Assembly: GCA_964016885.1 (NCBI GenBank)
Contig: OZ024764.1
Location: 24,180,001-24,244,000, forward strand
DNA length: 64,000 nt
Reading direction: 5' to 3'
DNA from: Eledone cirrhosa
Lineage: Eukaryota
In this document: positions 24,537-39,029 of the stretch, in pieces
Layout: the number at the start of each line of letters is the position of its first letter
Numbering within the stretch: position 1 is the first letter of the stretch
Position numbers and translations under genes: made by a program
The notes under the pieces: generated by a model
What the model was told of the DNA's origin: nothing
The model's database searches: none
What the model saw: the letters and a program-made list of their open reading frames with translations, nothing else

Positions 24537-24720
24537 TTTGTGTGTATATATATATATTTGTGTATATATATATTTGTGTATATATATATTTGTGTATATA
24601 TATATTTGTGTATATATATATTTGTATATATATATATTTGCGTATATATATATTTGTATATATATATATTTGTGTATATATATATGTGTATATATATATA
24701 TTTGTGTATATATGTATATT

Positions 24721-24752
<32 letters not shown>

Positions 24753-24840
24753 TTTGTGTATATATATATATTTGTATATATATATTTGTGTGTATATATA
24801 TATATATATGTTTATATTTGTATATGTATGTGTGTGTGTA

Positions 24841-24909
<69 letters not shown>

Positions 24910-25718
24910 GTATGTGTGTGTATATATTTCTGTATATATATATATATATTTACATCTGTTCAAGTGTACACTTGTATGCAACTGGAGTCATGTATTTTAT
25001 GTCTCATGACTTAGAGGTTTGACAAACAGAGTATGAAAAAATAAATATCATGAAATAGTAGTTGTGTTGAAACTGATAAAACTGTTGAAGGTGGTGCCCC
25101 AGCATGGCCAGAGACTGATTCCTGAAGCCAGAAAAATAGAAGATAAAAATAATGTCAGAATCAGTAATGGCAATAAATATGGTAAATACTGGATCTGCTA
25201 CTGTCATGTCTGGTCTTCAACACCTGAGACACTACTTCCCTGTCTATACAACTGTCCTATTATTTGGCAGAATTGGTAGAGCGTCAGACAAAAGGTTTTG
25301 TGGCATCTAGTTACGGTTCTTTATTTTCTGAGTACAAATCCTGCCGAGGTTAACTTTGCCTTTCATACAGGGTCAATAAAATAAAGTACCAGTAATGCAC
25401 TGGGGTCAATTTGTCCCCCCCCCCCCCTCCCTCCCCCCAAAATTGCTGGCCTTGTGCCAAAAGTAGAAACAATTATTATTGATTGTTTGTAGAGTCAATA
25501 TAATAATTAGTGGATGTTGTGTCTCAACAAAGACCTTAGACTGACACTACTTCCCTGAGTATGTGGACACATGTCCAGCAAGACAGTCTTTTATAGGAGA
25601 ACATTTTGGTTTTTGAGGTATATTCTTATTATTGCACATCATTCCTGCTTTAGCGAGCACAGCTGTGTGTGCCTTGGCTATGTGCAGTGTAGCTTATACT
25701 GATGTTGTTTCTATTGTT

Positions 25719-26159
25719 TTAGTCCAAGAATCTTAAGACATGATGTATTTTACTACAGACATAGGCTACAGTAACTTGTTGTTGACGGTGTTGACACTGG
25801 TCATCTTCCAAAGATGACAACAGCAGGACTTTCACCTCAATATTGACTGGTTGACAGGAATAACCAGATGGACATCGACTGAGTGGACTGAACTGGGCAT
25901 ACACAAGACTGGACGGTACTCTGGTTGGATTGTAATCCAGAGTTGGAGTCCACAGACATAGTGAGGAGTTTTCTGATGGTGCCATGATGTTGCCGAGACT
26001 TGTGTGATCCAGTGTGTGATGATGATGATGGTTGTGGTGGCTGTTGAGGGTAGCTTCACATCTGTTGGAACAGCTGCCTAACATTGCAACAATTACAACA
26101 ACAATAAATTGATAATGAAGATTCTCATGATGATGATGACATGGAGGAGAATTTAACAT
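25719..26159 (-). CDS. Interleukin-17-like secreted cystine-knot protein, copy 1 (146 aa)
   Basis: Hydrophobic signal-like stretch FIVVVIVAMLGSC; SSLCLW..DYNPTRVPSSLVYAQ..C..CQPV..KVL..VTVAYVC matches the IL-17 pattern SxCPW..DPxRxP..AxC..C.PV..VL..V.V.CxC; ATG directly follows a polypyrimidine/CAG acceptor. Confidence 0.72.
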   Translation of the reverse strand: MLNSPPCHHHHENLHYQFIVVVIVAMLGSCSNRCEATLNSHHNHHHHHTLDHTSLGNIMAPSENSSLCLWTPTLDYNPTRVPSSLVYAQFSPLSRCPSGYSCQPVNIEVKVLLLSSLEDDQCQHRQQQVTVAYVCSKIHHVLRFLD

Positions 26160-27277
26160 CTGAAATGAGAAGAAAAGAAAGTTAGAACAGAGATTATACT
26201 GTGTATGTGTGTGTATATATATATATGTATATGTGTGTGTATATATATATGTGTATGTGTCTATATATATATATATATGTGTATGTGTCTATATATATAT
26301 ATGTGTGTGTGTGTCTATATATATTTGTGTGTATCTGTCTCTCTCTCTATATATATATGTGTGTGTATGTGTCTATATATATATATATGTGTGTGTGTAT
26401 ATATATATGTGTGTATCTGTCTCTCTCTCTATATATATGTGTGTATGTGTCTATATATACATATGTGTGTGTGTATATATATATGTGTGTATGTGTCTAT
26501 ATATATATGTGTGTGTGTATATATATATATATGTGTATGTGTATATATATATATATATATGTGTATGTGTCTATATATGTGTGTGTGTATATATATATAT
26601 ATATGTGTGTATGTGTCTATATATGTGTATGTGTATATATATATATATGTGTGTATGTGTCTATATATATATGTGTGTGTGTATTTGTCTATAGATGTAT
26701 GTGTGTATATCATCGTCATTTAACCCCCATCTTCCACACTAGCTTGGTGAGGATGGGCTGTGTCTTTGTATATATATATATATATATGTATGAATATATA
26801 CACATATACATACATACATGATGGCTGCCCCCTCGTTATCGAGTACGGCCATTTCACGCTATACCATTATTAATAATCATCAATTAATGTTATCGTGCAA
26901 TGCCTGTGTGTGAAGATATGTTTTAAAGTGAGGAAAGACTGTGCACTGAGCCAATCCCACTCTCTGAGAGACAGTAGCTATAACCTGAAAAGAAGAAAAG
27001 ATCAACATCTGTAACTACTGAGCCACAGGTTTTATATCGGAGTTATCCCAGTTTCCTGAGTTGCCTTCTCCTAGAAGAATGGATATATGTATGCATATAT
27101 ACATACATACATATATATATATACACACACACATATATATATATATATATCAACAGCTGATCGACACCGAAGAAACAATGTTTCCATTAGTCTTTCCAAT
27201 TGCTAATAATGTCTATCAGTCGCAACTCCAGGTAGAAGGAACAATGTGAAATAAAGGGTCTTGCTCAAGGACATAAC

Positions 27278-27335
<58 letters not shown>

Positions 27336-27336
27336 T

Positions 27337-27572
27337 GGAGGCGCATGGCTTAATGGTTAGAGCATTGGTCTTGCAATCGAAAGGTTGTGAGTTCAATTCT
27401 CAGACTGGGTGATGTGTTGTTTCCTTGAGCAAGACACTTTATTTCACATTGCTCCAGTTTACTCAGCTGTAGAAATGAGATGATAGGGACTGGGGTCCCT
27501 ATCATTCCACTGCAAAGTGGTCATGGAGGTGCCACGGACAAAAGCACCCAGCACTCACTGTAAATGAGGTTG
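27337..27572 (+). mobile_element. CORE-type SINE, 3'-truncated
   Basis: Matches 7076-7310. Confidence 0.85.
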
Positions 27573-28027
27573 TTGTGACCTACATGACCACTTTACAGTG
27601 TGGACTGGGTACTTTTTGTCGGGTAACCTACATGACCACTTTACAGTGGATGGAGTAGGGTGTGTAGTGGTGTGTATATTGGGTTAAGAGGGGCCTACTG
27701 ATTGTAGGTTTGTATGCGAGGCAAGGTGGGTCTTCTGTATAACTGCATAGCACCAAAGATCTCGATCCAGTGACATTGTCATAGAGAGGTGTAAACCAGC
27801 AAGGTCAGTTTTTATATCCACATGAATGGACCTGTTATTTTTATCTAAAGACATTTTTTCCAATTCCAACCCGCCAATGCCCTCAATCTATCTTATTGCT
27901 CATTCTTTCTTCTGATGAAGGACTAGCATCCGAAACGTTAAGACCCTCTTCCTGCTATATCAAGCTTTAACCTAATATATTCCTTCCATATAATGTACCG
28001 ATTGTGTTGTTAGTTCTGTTTACCTTT

Positions 28028-28089
<62 letters not shown>

Positions 28090-28090
<1 letters not shown>

Positions 28091-30318
28091 ATCAGGGAGA
28101 AGTGTGTCCGTAATGATGATGGTGTACTTGCCATCACTGATACTGATAAGAAGATAGCCTGGAAGTGTCACTACGAGAGACTATTAAATGAGGAGAATAA
28201 CTGGGAAGAAGACAGTCTGCCCCAAATCGAACCAATAGAAGGACCAGCGGTGCAAGTTAAAGGTAGTATAATAAGTAAGGCAATCAAAGATATGAAGACA
28301 GTCAAGGCAGCTGGGCCTTCGGAGATAGTTGCTGAGATGTTGAAGGCATCTGGATCGGTGGGACACACTATGGTCACCCGTATAGTTAACCAAGTAATAT
28401 AGAATGGGGTCATACCGAAAGACTGGCGTAGCAGCATCCTCATTAACTGCTACAAGGGTAAAGGGGAAGCTCTAGATAGGGGAAATTATAGAGGTATTAA
28501 ATTAGTTGACCAGGTCATGAAGGTCACAAAGAGTTATAGCACAACTAATCAGAGAGCGAATTGATCTAGATGAAATGCAGTTCGAGTTTGTGTCAGGTAA
28601 AAATACCACAGACGCTCTTATCCTTGTACGACAACTACAAGAGAAGTACCTAGCTAAAAGTAAACCCCTCTACTTAGCTTTTGTAGACCTGGAGAAAGCC
28701 TTTGACAGAGTCCCCCGCTCTATTATCTGGTGGGCTCTTAGAAAACTAGGTATAGATGAATGGCTTGTGGGAGCTATACAAGTTATGTATAATGAAACAG
28801 TCAGTAAGGTTACAATTAACAATGTATATAGTGAAGAGTTTAGCATAAAAGTTGGTGTTCATCAGGGCTCTGTCCTTAGGCCCCTCCTATTTATTATTGC
28901 CCTTCAGGCTATAACAGAGTAGTTTAAGACCGGCTGCCCATGGGAACTCCTATATGCAGATGATCTAACGCTCATAGCTGAATCAATGGCTGAACTAGAG
29001 AAGAAATTCGAAACATGGAAGCATGGCCTAGAATCAAAAGGCCTTAAAGTTAACTTGTCTAAGACTAAAGTTCTAGTTTGTAGAAAGGAAAATAGGGCAC
29101 ATGTGCCCTCAGGGAAATGGACATGCTCAGTGTGTAGGAAAGGAGTAGGCAGAAATTCCATTTTATGTCCTAAATGCAAAGTATGGGTACATAAAAGATG
29201 TAGTGGGATCACAGTTAAACTATCTAAGAAGGTAGACTTTATATGTGGCCAATGCTCAGGTGCAATAAGTAGCAAGTGTCCACAGGATACTAGCTCCTTC
29301 TATTGCCCAGGTGGTTCTATTAAATAGTAAACACTTTCCGTTACCTGGGTGATGAAATCAGCAGTGGTGGAGGGTGTTCTGAATGTACAGTAGCCAGAGT
29401 CAGAACGGGATGGAAAAAGTTCAGAGAGCTTATACCGCTGTTGGCCACAAAAGGTTTCTCTCTAAAAATGAAAGGCAGGCTGTATGATGCTTGTATACGG
29501 ACAGCAATGCTACATGGCAGTGAGGCATGGGCATTACGTGCAGAGGACCTGCGTAGACTGGAGAGGAACGAAGCATGCATGCTCCGCTAGGTGTGTAATA
29601 GTAATATACGTGAACGGCAGAGCATAAATGAACTAAGTGAGAAATTAGGAATAAGATGGATCAGATGCTGTTTACTTGAGAGAAGACTACGTTGGTATGG
29701 CCACGTGATGCGCATGAAAGACGACAGCTGCATAAAAAAATGCAGGGCGATCAAAATAGATGGAAGTTACGGAGTAGGTAGACCCAGAAAAACCTGGGAT
29801 GATCTGATAAATTCCGACCTCACACACTTACACCTCTCCAAGACAATGTCACTGGACCGAGACCTTTGGCGCTACGCAGTAATACAGAAGACCCACCTTG
29901 CCTATGTAGAAAGCGAAACCTACAGTCAGTAGGCACCTCTTAACCAAATATACACCCCAATCCAATAACGCTACCCTATCCTCCCACTCCCACCAACACC
30001 ACCCTCTCTCTGTAAAGTTGGTAACACAACATCCAGTCCAAATAAATGAGATAATGAGATCGAGATCGTGTAGGTGTCACAACAAAAAAACACAGTCCAC
30101 GCTGTAATGTGGCCGTGTAGGTTACACGGTAAAAAGGCTCCCAGTCCACACTGTAAACGTGGTTGGTGTTAGGAAGGGCATCCAGCCGTAGAAAACCTGC
30201 CAGATAGTCCTATGTGAGCGAGACACGGTCACCCGACCAACCTTGCCTCAAGTGGGACAACTCCCGTCTAGCCCATGCTTGCGTGGAAGATGGATGTTAA
30301 ATGATGATGATGATGATG
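28090..30318 (+). mobile_element. Decayed 5'-truncated RTE LINE in the IL-17-like intron
   Basis: Stop-interrupted RT fragments (FVDLEKAFD, YADD, PHD-type insert, RLRWYGHV), 3'UTR and (GAT)n tail. Confidence 0.9.
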
Positions 30319-30639
30319 GTATATATATATAAATTTAGGACCCCACTCTACTACCCCAAGTATGCAGTACTCTTGTGAGTAATGGTCTAACTGGTTTTTA
30401 CCACTTCCATTCTAATATATATATCCGTATCACCACCACCACCCTGCCCATCCTATCATAATTACCCCTCCTCATTTAGATCACCCTTCCCTAAAGTCTT
30501 CCTTATTCATATCATGTCTACTAAATAGACATTAGTTCTTGTCTGATAACAGTGTGACAAGCAGGCAAAACTCCAGAGTAGCAACGCTCACTATTTAACC
30601 TTGTTATACATATATACCGGGAGCTTCCAACCTATATTA

Positions 30640-30704
30640 TATTTTATCTGATGAAAGCGCACCATAATTTGACTTGGTGTCCTTGAAATATGTATAATGA
30701 AATA
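30640..30704 (+). ncRNA. Hammerhead ribozyme motif (mirrored at ~51718-51782 -)
   Basis: TATTTTAT-CTGATGA-AAGCGCACC..GGTGTCCTT-GAAA-TATGTA-TA-ATGAAATA. Confidence 0.7.
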
Positions 30705-31180
30705 AATATGGTTTTACAAATATAGTTTCCATTTGTTAATATATCATATATATATATATACACATATATATATACACATACACACACTCACACACACATA
30801 AACACATATATACATACCTATGTACATATACAAATATATATCTACACACACATATATATGTAGAAGGAAGACACAGTAGAGGTAGACCACGAAAAACATG
30901 GGCAGAGGTGGTGAGAGCAGACCTCAGATTGCTGAAGCTCGCGGTGGAGATGACAAAGGACCGTGACAAATGGAGAGATGCTGTGCTGTATAAACCCATC
31001 CCACCCAGCACAGCATCTCTCCATTTGTCATGGTCCTTTGTCATCTCCTCTGTGAGTGTCAGTGATCTGAGGTCTGCTTTCACCACCTCTGCCCATGTTT
31101 TTCGTGGTCTACCTCTACTGTGTCTTCTTTCTACTGGGATTTCTTGGTACTTCTTTACCCAGCGGTCATCCTCCATGTGC

Positions 31181-32140
31181 ATCACATGTCCATACCTTTG
31201 CAGTCTTCTCTCCCACACACTACAACTTATCCCTCTTATACACAGTTCCTCTCTCAACACATCACATGTCCATACCATCGCAGTCTTCTCTCCCACACAC
31301 CACAACTTATCCCTCTTATACACAGTTTCTCTCTTAACTCATCACATGTCCATACCATCTCAGTCTTCTCTCCCACACACCACAACTTATCCCTCTTATA
31401 CACAGTTTCTCTCTTAACACATCACATGTCCATACCATCTCAGTCTTCTCTCCCACACACCACAACTTATCCCTCTTATACACAGTTCCTCTCTCAACAC
31501 ATCACATGTCCATACCATCTCAGTCTTCTCTCCCACACACCACAACTTATCCCTCTTATACACAGTTTCTCTCTTAACTCATCACATGTCCATACCATCT
31601 CAGTCTTCTCTCCCACACACCACAACTTATCCCTCTTATACACAGTTTCTCTCTTAACACATCACATGTCCATACCATCTCAGTCTTCTCTCCCACACAC
31701 CACAACTTATCCCTCTTATACACAGTTTCTCTCTCAACACATCACATGTCCATACCATCTCAGTCTTCTCTCCCACACACCACAACTTATCCCTCTTATA
31801 CACAGTTTCTCTCTTAACTCATCACATGTCCATACCATCTCAGTCTTCTCTCCCACACACTACAGTTTATCCCTCTTATACCCAGTTTCTCTCTCAACAC
31901 ATCACATGTCCATACCATCGCAGTCTTCTCTCCCACACACCACAACTTATCCCTCTTATACACAGTTTCTATCTCAACACATCACATGTCCATACCATCT
32001 CAGTCTTCTCTCCCACACACCACAACTTATCCCTCTTATACACAGTTTCTCTCTCAACTCATCACATGTCCATACCATCGCAGTCTTCTCTCCCACACAC
32101 CACAACTTATCCCTCTTATACACAGTTTCTCTCTCAACTC
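31181..32140. repeat. 80-bp tandem array (12 units) inside a minus-strand RTE fragment (~31000-32270)
   Basis: ATCACATGTCCATACC recurs every 80 bp; the unit is the antisense of the [22 protein letters not shown] coding segment. Confidence 0.92.
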
Positions 32141-32658
32141 ATCTATGCTTGGTCGTTCACACACATTGACATTGCACATCCAACGGAGCATGCTTGCTTC
32201 ATACCCTCTGCAGTTGCTGCCCATGTCTCACTACCAGGCAGCATCGCACATCTCACCCAGGCATCATATATAAATATATATATATGTCTAAATATAGATA
32301 TATGATGCTTTACATGATAAATACACCCAGTACACTCTGTAAAGTAGTTTGTGATAGGAAGTACATCCAGTCATAGACAACCTGCCAACCAGAGTCGGGA
32401 TGACTCTTCAGCTGTGTCACAGACATGACATTTTTTCTAGTTCTTATGTCATGATGAAATGTACTCGGTAGAGCATCACGGTGACATGAAAGGGAGTTGA
32501 AAGCTGGCAGCCTTCCTCAGTACTTGGAACAGTGCAAGGACACATTGAAACAAAATGGAAACAAGTCGTACATTCATGGGGTCAGTAGCTATGTTTGAGT
32601 ACAGACCTGATCTGAGAAGACGCATCCAGCCCTTATTAGTAAAGAAAGGGGACATTAA

Positions 32659-33408
32659 CCCTCTAACATTTACATTACTCTATATATACTATTGTATTTT
32701 CACAGTAAAGGCTTTACCTCACATAATATCTCATATAACATTTACATTACCCTATATATACTATTGTATTGTCACAGTAAAGGCTTTACCTCACATAATA
32801 TCTCACATAACATTTACATTACTCTATATATACTATTGTATTTTCATGGTAAAGACTTTACCTTACATAATATCTCACATAACATTTACATTACTCTATA
32901 TATACTATTGTATTGTCACAGTAAAGGCTTTACCTCACATAATATCTCACATAACATTTACATTACTCTATATATACTATTGTATTGTCACAGTAAAGGC
33001 TTTACCTCACATAATATCTCACATAACATTTACATTACTCTATATATACTATTGTATTTTCACAGTAAAGGCTTTACCTCACATAATATCTCACATAACA
33101 TTTACATTACTCTATATATACTATTGTATTTTCACAGTAAAGGCTTTACCTCACATAATATCTCACATAACATTTACATTACTCTATATATACTATTGTA
33201 TTGTCACAGTAAAGGCTTTACCTCACATAATATCTCACATAACATTTACATTACTCTATATATACTATTGTATTTTCACAGTAAAGGCTTTACCTCACAT
33301 AATATCTCACATAATATTGAATCTGAGATTTCAATGTTATTTATTTTGAGAACAATACTTTAACATCAGTATGAGTGACCAGTTATAGCCGGTTTAAATG
33401 CTAAAGGA
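32659..33408. mobile_element. Intact piggyBac-like element with ~9 units of the 72-bp satellite (opposite orientation)
   Basis: TTAA|CCCTCTAACATTTA ... TAAATGCTAAAGGA|TTAA. Confidence 0.8.
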
Positions 33409-33453
33409 TTAAATGATGATGATGATGGTATGGATAATAATATTTTCTCTTAC

Positions 33454-33700
33454 CTTGTAGTGGTGGTGGTAGTAATAGTAGTAGTAGTAGTAGTTGTGGT
33501 GATAGTAGTAGTAGCAGTGGTGGGAGTGGTAATAGTAGTAGTGCTAGTAGTAGTAGTGGTGGTGGTAGTAGTGGTGGTGGTAGTGGTAGTGGTAGTAGTA
33601 GTGGCAGCAGTAGTAGTATCTCTGCTCCCCTGTGTTGTAAAATCTAACCAGAAACCAGTAGAGCAACCTGTTACTCTGGTCTCAAGTCAAAGTTGTGAAT
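33454..33700 (-). other. Putative non-coding first exon of IL-17-like copy 1 (contains CTA/CCA microsatellite)
   Basis: Ends at AG|GTAAGA donor (minus strand, intron 33453-26160); conserved in the duplicate; transcription start inferred. Confidence 0.55.
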
Positions 33701-33719
33701 GGTTTCAGAGAGAAACATT

Positions 33720-33895
33720 TGCCTATATATAGAGAGGGAGGGAGAGAGAGAGACGTATGTGGAAGTATTAAACTTCCCAACCTTCCTCTTTCTATTGGAC
33801 AATCAAGTCAGATACTTGAATCTGATTGGTCAGTTCATGGATTAACTGTAGTAACTTGTAGTATCTTATTTTACATTCATAAAATTTCCCTCTTG
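33720..33895 (-). promoter_or_regulatory. Putative promoter of IL-17-like copy 1
   Basis: TATATATA at 33724-33731, two CCAAT boxes upstream and GGGAAATTTT; identical layout at 48780-48950. Confidence 0.5.
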
Positions 33896-34078
33896 GTATG
33901 TTTGTATTCCTGTTTCATTATCTAATTATAGATATATATAGGTATTAGGATTGGTGATATATATACACGTGTGTGTATATAGATACATGTATATATACAC
34001 GTGTATGTATTTATATATACACGTGTATGTATTTATATATATTTATATTTATATATACACGTGTATGTATTTATATAT

Positions 34079-34416
34079 GGAGGCACATGGCTTAGTGGTT
34101 AGAGCATTGGCCTTGCAATCGAAAGGTTGTTAGTTCAATTCTCAGACTGGGTGATGTGTTGTGTCCTTGAGCAAGACACTTTATTTCACATTGCTCCAGT
34201 TTACTCAGCTGTAGAAATGAGATGATAGGGACTGGGGTCCCTATCATTCCACTGCAAAGTGGTCGTGTAGGTACCACGGCAAAAAACCACCCAGCACTCA
34301 CTGTAAATGAGGTTGGTGTTAGGAAGGGCATCCAGCTGTAGAAATCAAGCCAGAATCAGTTCCCGTCCCACCCTTGCAAGCAGGGAAAAGTGGACGTAAA
34401 ATGATGATGATGATGA
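34079..34416 (+). mobile_element. CORE-type SINE, full length
   Basis: Matches 7076-7415. Confidence 0.88.
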
Positions 34417-34639
34417 TATATATATATAACGAAGGAAAAGTGGTAAGGAACCAGGTGGACCATAACGCACCAAAGTACTCAATACTTGAGGTAGTAGAGT
34501 GGGTAATAGGAACCAGTAAGACCCCGACAGCTGAGCTGAAGCCGTTTCGACGGCTAATTCGTCCAGAATTAGCCGTCGAAACGGCTTGAGCTCAGCTGTC
34601 GGGGTCTTACTGGTTCCTATATATATATATATATATATA

Positions 34640-34970
34640 TCATCATCTTCATCATTTTACGTCTGCCTTTCCCTGCTTGCAAGGGTGGGACGGGAACTGA
34701 TTCTGGCTTGATCTCTACAGCTGGATGCCCTTCCTAACACCAACCTCATTTACAGTGAGTGGTGGGTGCTTTTTTGCCGTGGCACCTCCACGACCACTTT
34801 GCAGTGGAATGATAGGACCCAGTCCCCATCATCTCATTTCTACAGCTGAGTAAACTGGAGCAATGTGAAATAAAGTGTCTTGCTCAAGGAAACCACATCA
34901 CCCGGTCTGAGAATTGAACTCACAACCTTCCGATTGCAAGGCCAATGCTCTAACCATTAAGCCATGTGTC
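34640..34970 (-). mobile_element. CORE-type SINE, full length
   Basis: Reverse complement of 7076-7415. Confidence 0.88.
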
Positions 34971-35749
34971 TCTATTAGATATATATATATATTCTCTTTC
35001 TTATTCCTGCGAGGGTCGTGGGGGCAGAGTCCTCAAACACTCCTTCAAGTGGGTCATGTCAGAAGCAACCATCTCCAGCTGATCTGGCTGGATCAAGCAA
35101 GACCAGCCGAACCCATGGATGCTATCCAACCACTTTGCCCGGAGGCTACCTCTGGATCTCCTGCCGGTTGGTTTTACCTGTAAAATCTGTCCTGCAATTC
35201 TGTCCTGAAACATTCTAATCACATCATCATCATCATCATCATCGTTTAACGTCCATCTTCCATGCTAGCATGGGTTAGACGGGAGTTGTCCCACTTGAGG
35301 CAAGGTTGGTCGGGTGACCGTGTCTCGCTCATATAGGACTATCTGGCAGGTTTTCTACAGCTGGATGCCCTTCCTAACACCAACCACATTTACAGTGTGG
35401 ACTGGGAGGTTTTTACCGTGTTACCTACACGGCCACATTACAGCGTGGACTGTGTGTTTTTGTTTTTTTGTCGTGACACCTACATGCTCATAATATCAGA
35501 GCTGTGATCACACAGTGCAGAGAAGTATCAGTTCTACCTGGAGTGACCCTCTGATCTCAGAGCTATGTACTTTATTGAGTAACGTTACTCGAAAGACCCT
35601 TCGGAGGAATCCCATTTCGGCCCCTTGTATTCGTGATCGTATTCTTTCGGTCTTTACCCAAGACTCATGGCCAGTTGCCCCTCTCAAAGGCAATGACATA
35701 GGACTGAGACCTGACTTCCCACGGTTATAAGCCAAAGCTGAAGCATATA

Positions 35750-36978
35750 CTATTTAAGGCTGTACATGGCTATGGTGCGGCCACACTTAGAAGTTGCATC
35801 ACCAGTCTGGAACCCCTATCTTGCTCAGAACATTGACCGCCTGGAAACTGTTCAGAGACGTGCAACCAAGCGAATACCCTCCATCAGGCATCTACCATAC
35901 TCTGAGCGCCTTGCTTCCCTGGGCATGGATATATTGAAGCTCCGACACCTGGCAACTGACTTGGTAAACACCCACAAAATTGTTGACCATCTTGCCAACA
36001 ACAAACCTGAGCACCTTTTTGATTTCCATGTGTCTAACACACGTGGACATGACTACAAGGTCAGAAAACAGCTCAGCTCCCATGACTTTCGGAAACATTT
36101 TTTCACGCTCAGAGTTGCTGAAGCATGGAACAAACTACCTGCATCAGTTGTTAGCTGTCAAGACACTGCATCCTTTAAAACATCCATGGAACAAACTCCC
36201 TGCATCAGTTGTTAGCTGTCGAGACACTGCATCCTTTAAAACCTCCATGGAACAAACTACCTGCATCAGTTGTTAGCTGTCGAGACACTGCATCCTTTAA
36301 AACATCCATGGAACAAACTCCCTGCATCAGTTGTTAGCTGTTGAGACACTGCATCCTTTAAAACCTCCATGGAACAAACTACCTGCATCAGTTGTTAGCT
36401 GTCGAGACACTGCATCCTTTAAAACCTCCATGGAACAAACTACCTGCATCAGTTGTTAGCTGTCGAGACACTGCATCCTTTAAAACCTCCATGGAACAAA
36501 CTACCTGCATCAGTTGTTAGCTGTCGAGACACTGCATCCTTTAAAACCTCCATGGAACAAACTACCTGCATCAGTTATTAGCTGTCGAGACACTGCATCC
36601 TTTAAAACCTCCATGGAACAAACTTCCTGCATCAGTTGTTAGCTGTCGAGACACTGCATCCTTTAAAACCTCCATGGAACAAACTACCTGCATCAGTCGT
36701 TAGCTGTCGAGACACTGCATCCTTTAAAACCTCCATGGAACAAACTACCTGCATCAGTTATTAGCTGTCGAGACACTGCATCCTTTAAAACCTCCATGCT
36801 TCCTGAGATTCCCCAACACTACACCTAATGTTCCCCCTCCATACACACACATGTATACCATGACTCATACACTATTCACTTCCCTGACATTTGTGTATTA
36901 TTCTATGTACTATACATACACCTTTGACGAGTTGTAGTGCACCTGAGCACTGTACACAATAATTTCATTATTATTATA
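35750..36978 (+). mobile_element. CR1-clade LINE 3' fragment (inverted second 3' end at ~37085-37306)
   Basis: VRPHLE.ASPVWNPY..LETVQRRATK..YSERL..TRGH..FF..RV..WNKLP; (ATT)n tail. Confidence 0.85.
36124..36798. repeat. 61-bp tandem array (11 units) from the CR1 WNKLP..SFK segment
   Basis: Unit CATGGAACAAACTACCTGCATCAGTTGTTAGCTGTCGAGACACTGCATCCTTTAAAACCTC. Confidence 0.93.
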
Positions 36979-37363
36979 GACAGCATGCCCCCACCCTCCT
37001 CATACTGTAAAGTGGTTGTATAGGTGTCACCACAAAAAACACCAGCTTTGACTGTTGCAGGAGTATATACGGTGTATATATAGTAATAATATAATAATGA
37101 AATTATTGTGTACAGTGCTCAGGTGCACTACAACTCGTCAAAGGTGTATGTATAGTACATATAATAATACACAAATGTCAGGGAAGTGAACAGTGTATGA
37201 GTCATGATATACATGTGTGTGTATGGAGGGGGAACATTAGCTGTAGTGTTGGGGAATCTCGGGAAGCATGGAGGTTTTAAAGGGTGCAGTGTCTCGACAG
37301 CTAATAACATATATATATATATGTATATTATATATATGTGTGTGTGTATGCATATTATATGTA

Positions 37364-37404
<41 letters not shown>

Positions 37405-37454
37405 ATGTATATTATATATATTATATATCAGTATATTGTATATGTATAAATATA

Positions 37455-37547
37455 CTGGGTGTCTCAAAAAATGTATACACACTTGATTACCCGTACAGGC
37501 AATATTTATTAGAATATTGTTGAAGTGTGTATAGATTTCTTTGGGAC

Positions 37548-37553
<6 letters not shown>
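37455..37553. mobile_element. ~100-bp Tc1/mariner-type MITE
   Basis: TA-flanked imperfect ~30-bp TIRs CTGGGTGTCTCAAAAAATGTATACACACTT / AAGTGTGTATAGATTTCTTTGGGACACCCTA. Confidence 0.6.
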
Positions 37554-37623
<70 letters not shown>

Positions 37624-39029
37624 TATATAAATACAATATCGGAGAAAGCTTTTTAGCGATACTCCGGCCAAATTCCAACTCACTCAACAAACATTAGGAA
37701 ATAAGTGATTATATTCCCAATTATGCGTTCGGGGTGGTAACTAAAAGTATTGCGTGGAAAATTGGCTGTATTATTTCATATGAGACAGCATCATCATCAT
37801 TTTATGTCCACTTTACCCTGCTTGCAAGGGTGGGACGGGAACTGATTCTGGCTTGATTTCTACAGCTGGATGCCCTTCCTAACACCAACCTCATTTACAG
37901 TGAGTGCTGGGTGCTTTTTTTGCCGTGGCACCTCCACGACCACTTTGCAGTGGAATGATAGGGACCCCAGTCCCTATCATCTCATTTCTACAGCTTTTTT
38001 ATATATATATAAAATATACTGTGTTTACTATACAATATATGTCTATATATATATATATATATATATATACAATATATTGTGTTTACTATACAATATCATC
38101 ATCATCATCGTTTAACGTCCATATTCCACGCTTGCATGGGTTTGGACGGGAGTTTTCCCACTTGAGGCAAGAGTGGTTGTCTTGCTCGCATAGGACTGAT
38201 ATATATATATATATATACTGTGTTTACTATACAATATATATATATATCCTGTTGGAGACGCAGGACATGGCAGTGATATTGAGGGACAGAGACCGCTGGA
38301 AAGAACTCGTCCATGGATCTCGGGAATATTACCCGCCTTAGATAGATAGATATATATATATATATATATACACAGAAATATCCACGGTAAGTTGTGGGGT
38401 CTAGTTTGCATGAAGAACTCAATGTAATCCATATGTTGAAAATGTTGTAGGTTAAAATAAATCCCGAAAAACAATGAAATAAAAATTCAAGTCATTAGGA
38501 ATATACTTCACTGCTTTACAATCGTTTCTAGGTGATAATAATACATTGTAAGCTAATCTTAACATCATATGGCAAAACACCATTTGATTGGTTTGTTCTT
38601 CAACTACCTCCAAATAAGGTCATTGAACTCAATTTACTATTTGATTTTGAATAAAATTTTCATTGCTTTTGACAACAGCTGACAATATACACGTAGGTAA
38701 ATATATTCCTTATTTGATATTTTGTAACTAACCCTACATAGATCGATAACGAAATATGCGTACAATGCATTATTATCACCTAGAAACGATTGTAAAGCAG
38801 TGAAGTATATCTCTAATGACTTGAATTTTTATTTCATTGTTTTAACTTATAGCATGACTCTGTTTTCCTTTTGATGTTTTATTGTTTTCCGGGATTTATT
38901 TTAACCTACAACATTTTCAACATATGGATTACATTGAGTTCTTCATGCAGATTAGACCCCACAACTAACCGTGGATATTTCTGTGTATATATATACAATA
39001 TACTGTGTTTACTATACAATATATATCAT

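Noticed and set aside
24482-25022. YI/CV-rich ORFs (also ~1550-2150, 26200-26820, 52400-53250, 54560-55010)
   Set aside because: Translations of (TA)n/(CA)n microsatellites
31120-32305. 349-aa and overlapping ORFs
   Set aside because: Antisense frames of the 80-bp RTE-derived array
33430-33732. Poly-Val ORFs here and at 48942-49376
   Set aside because: Antisense reading of a CTA/CCA microsatellite in the putative 5'UTR exon
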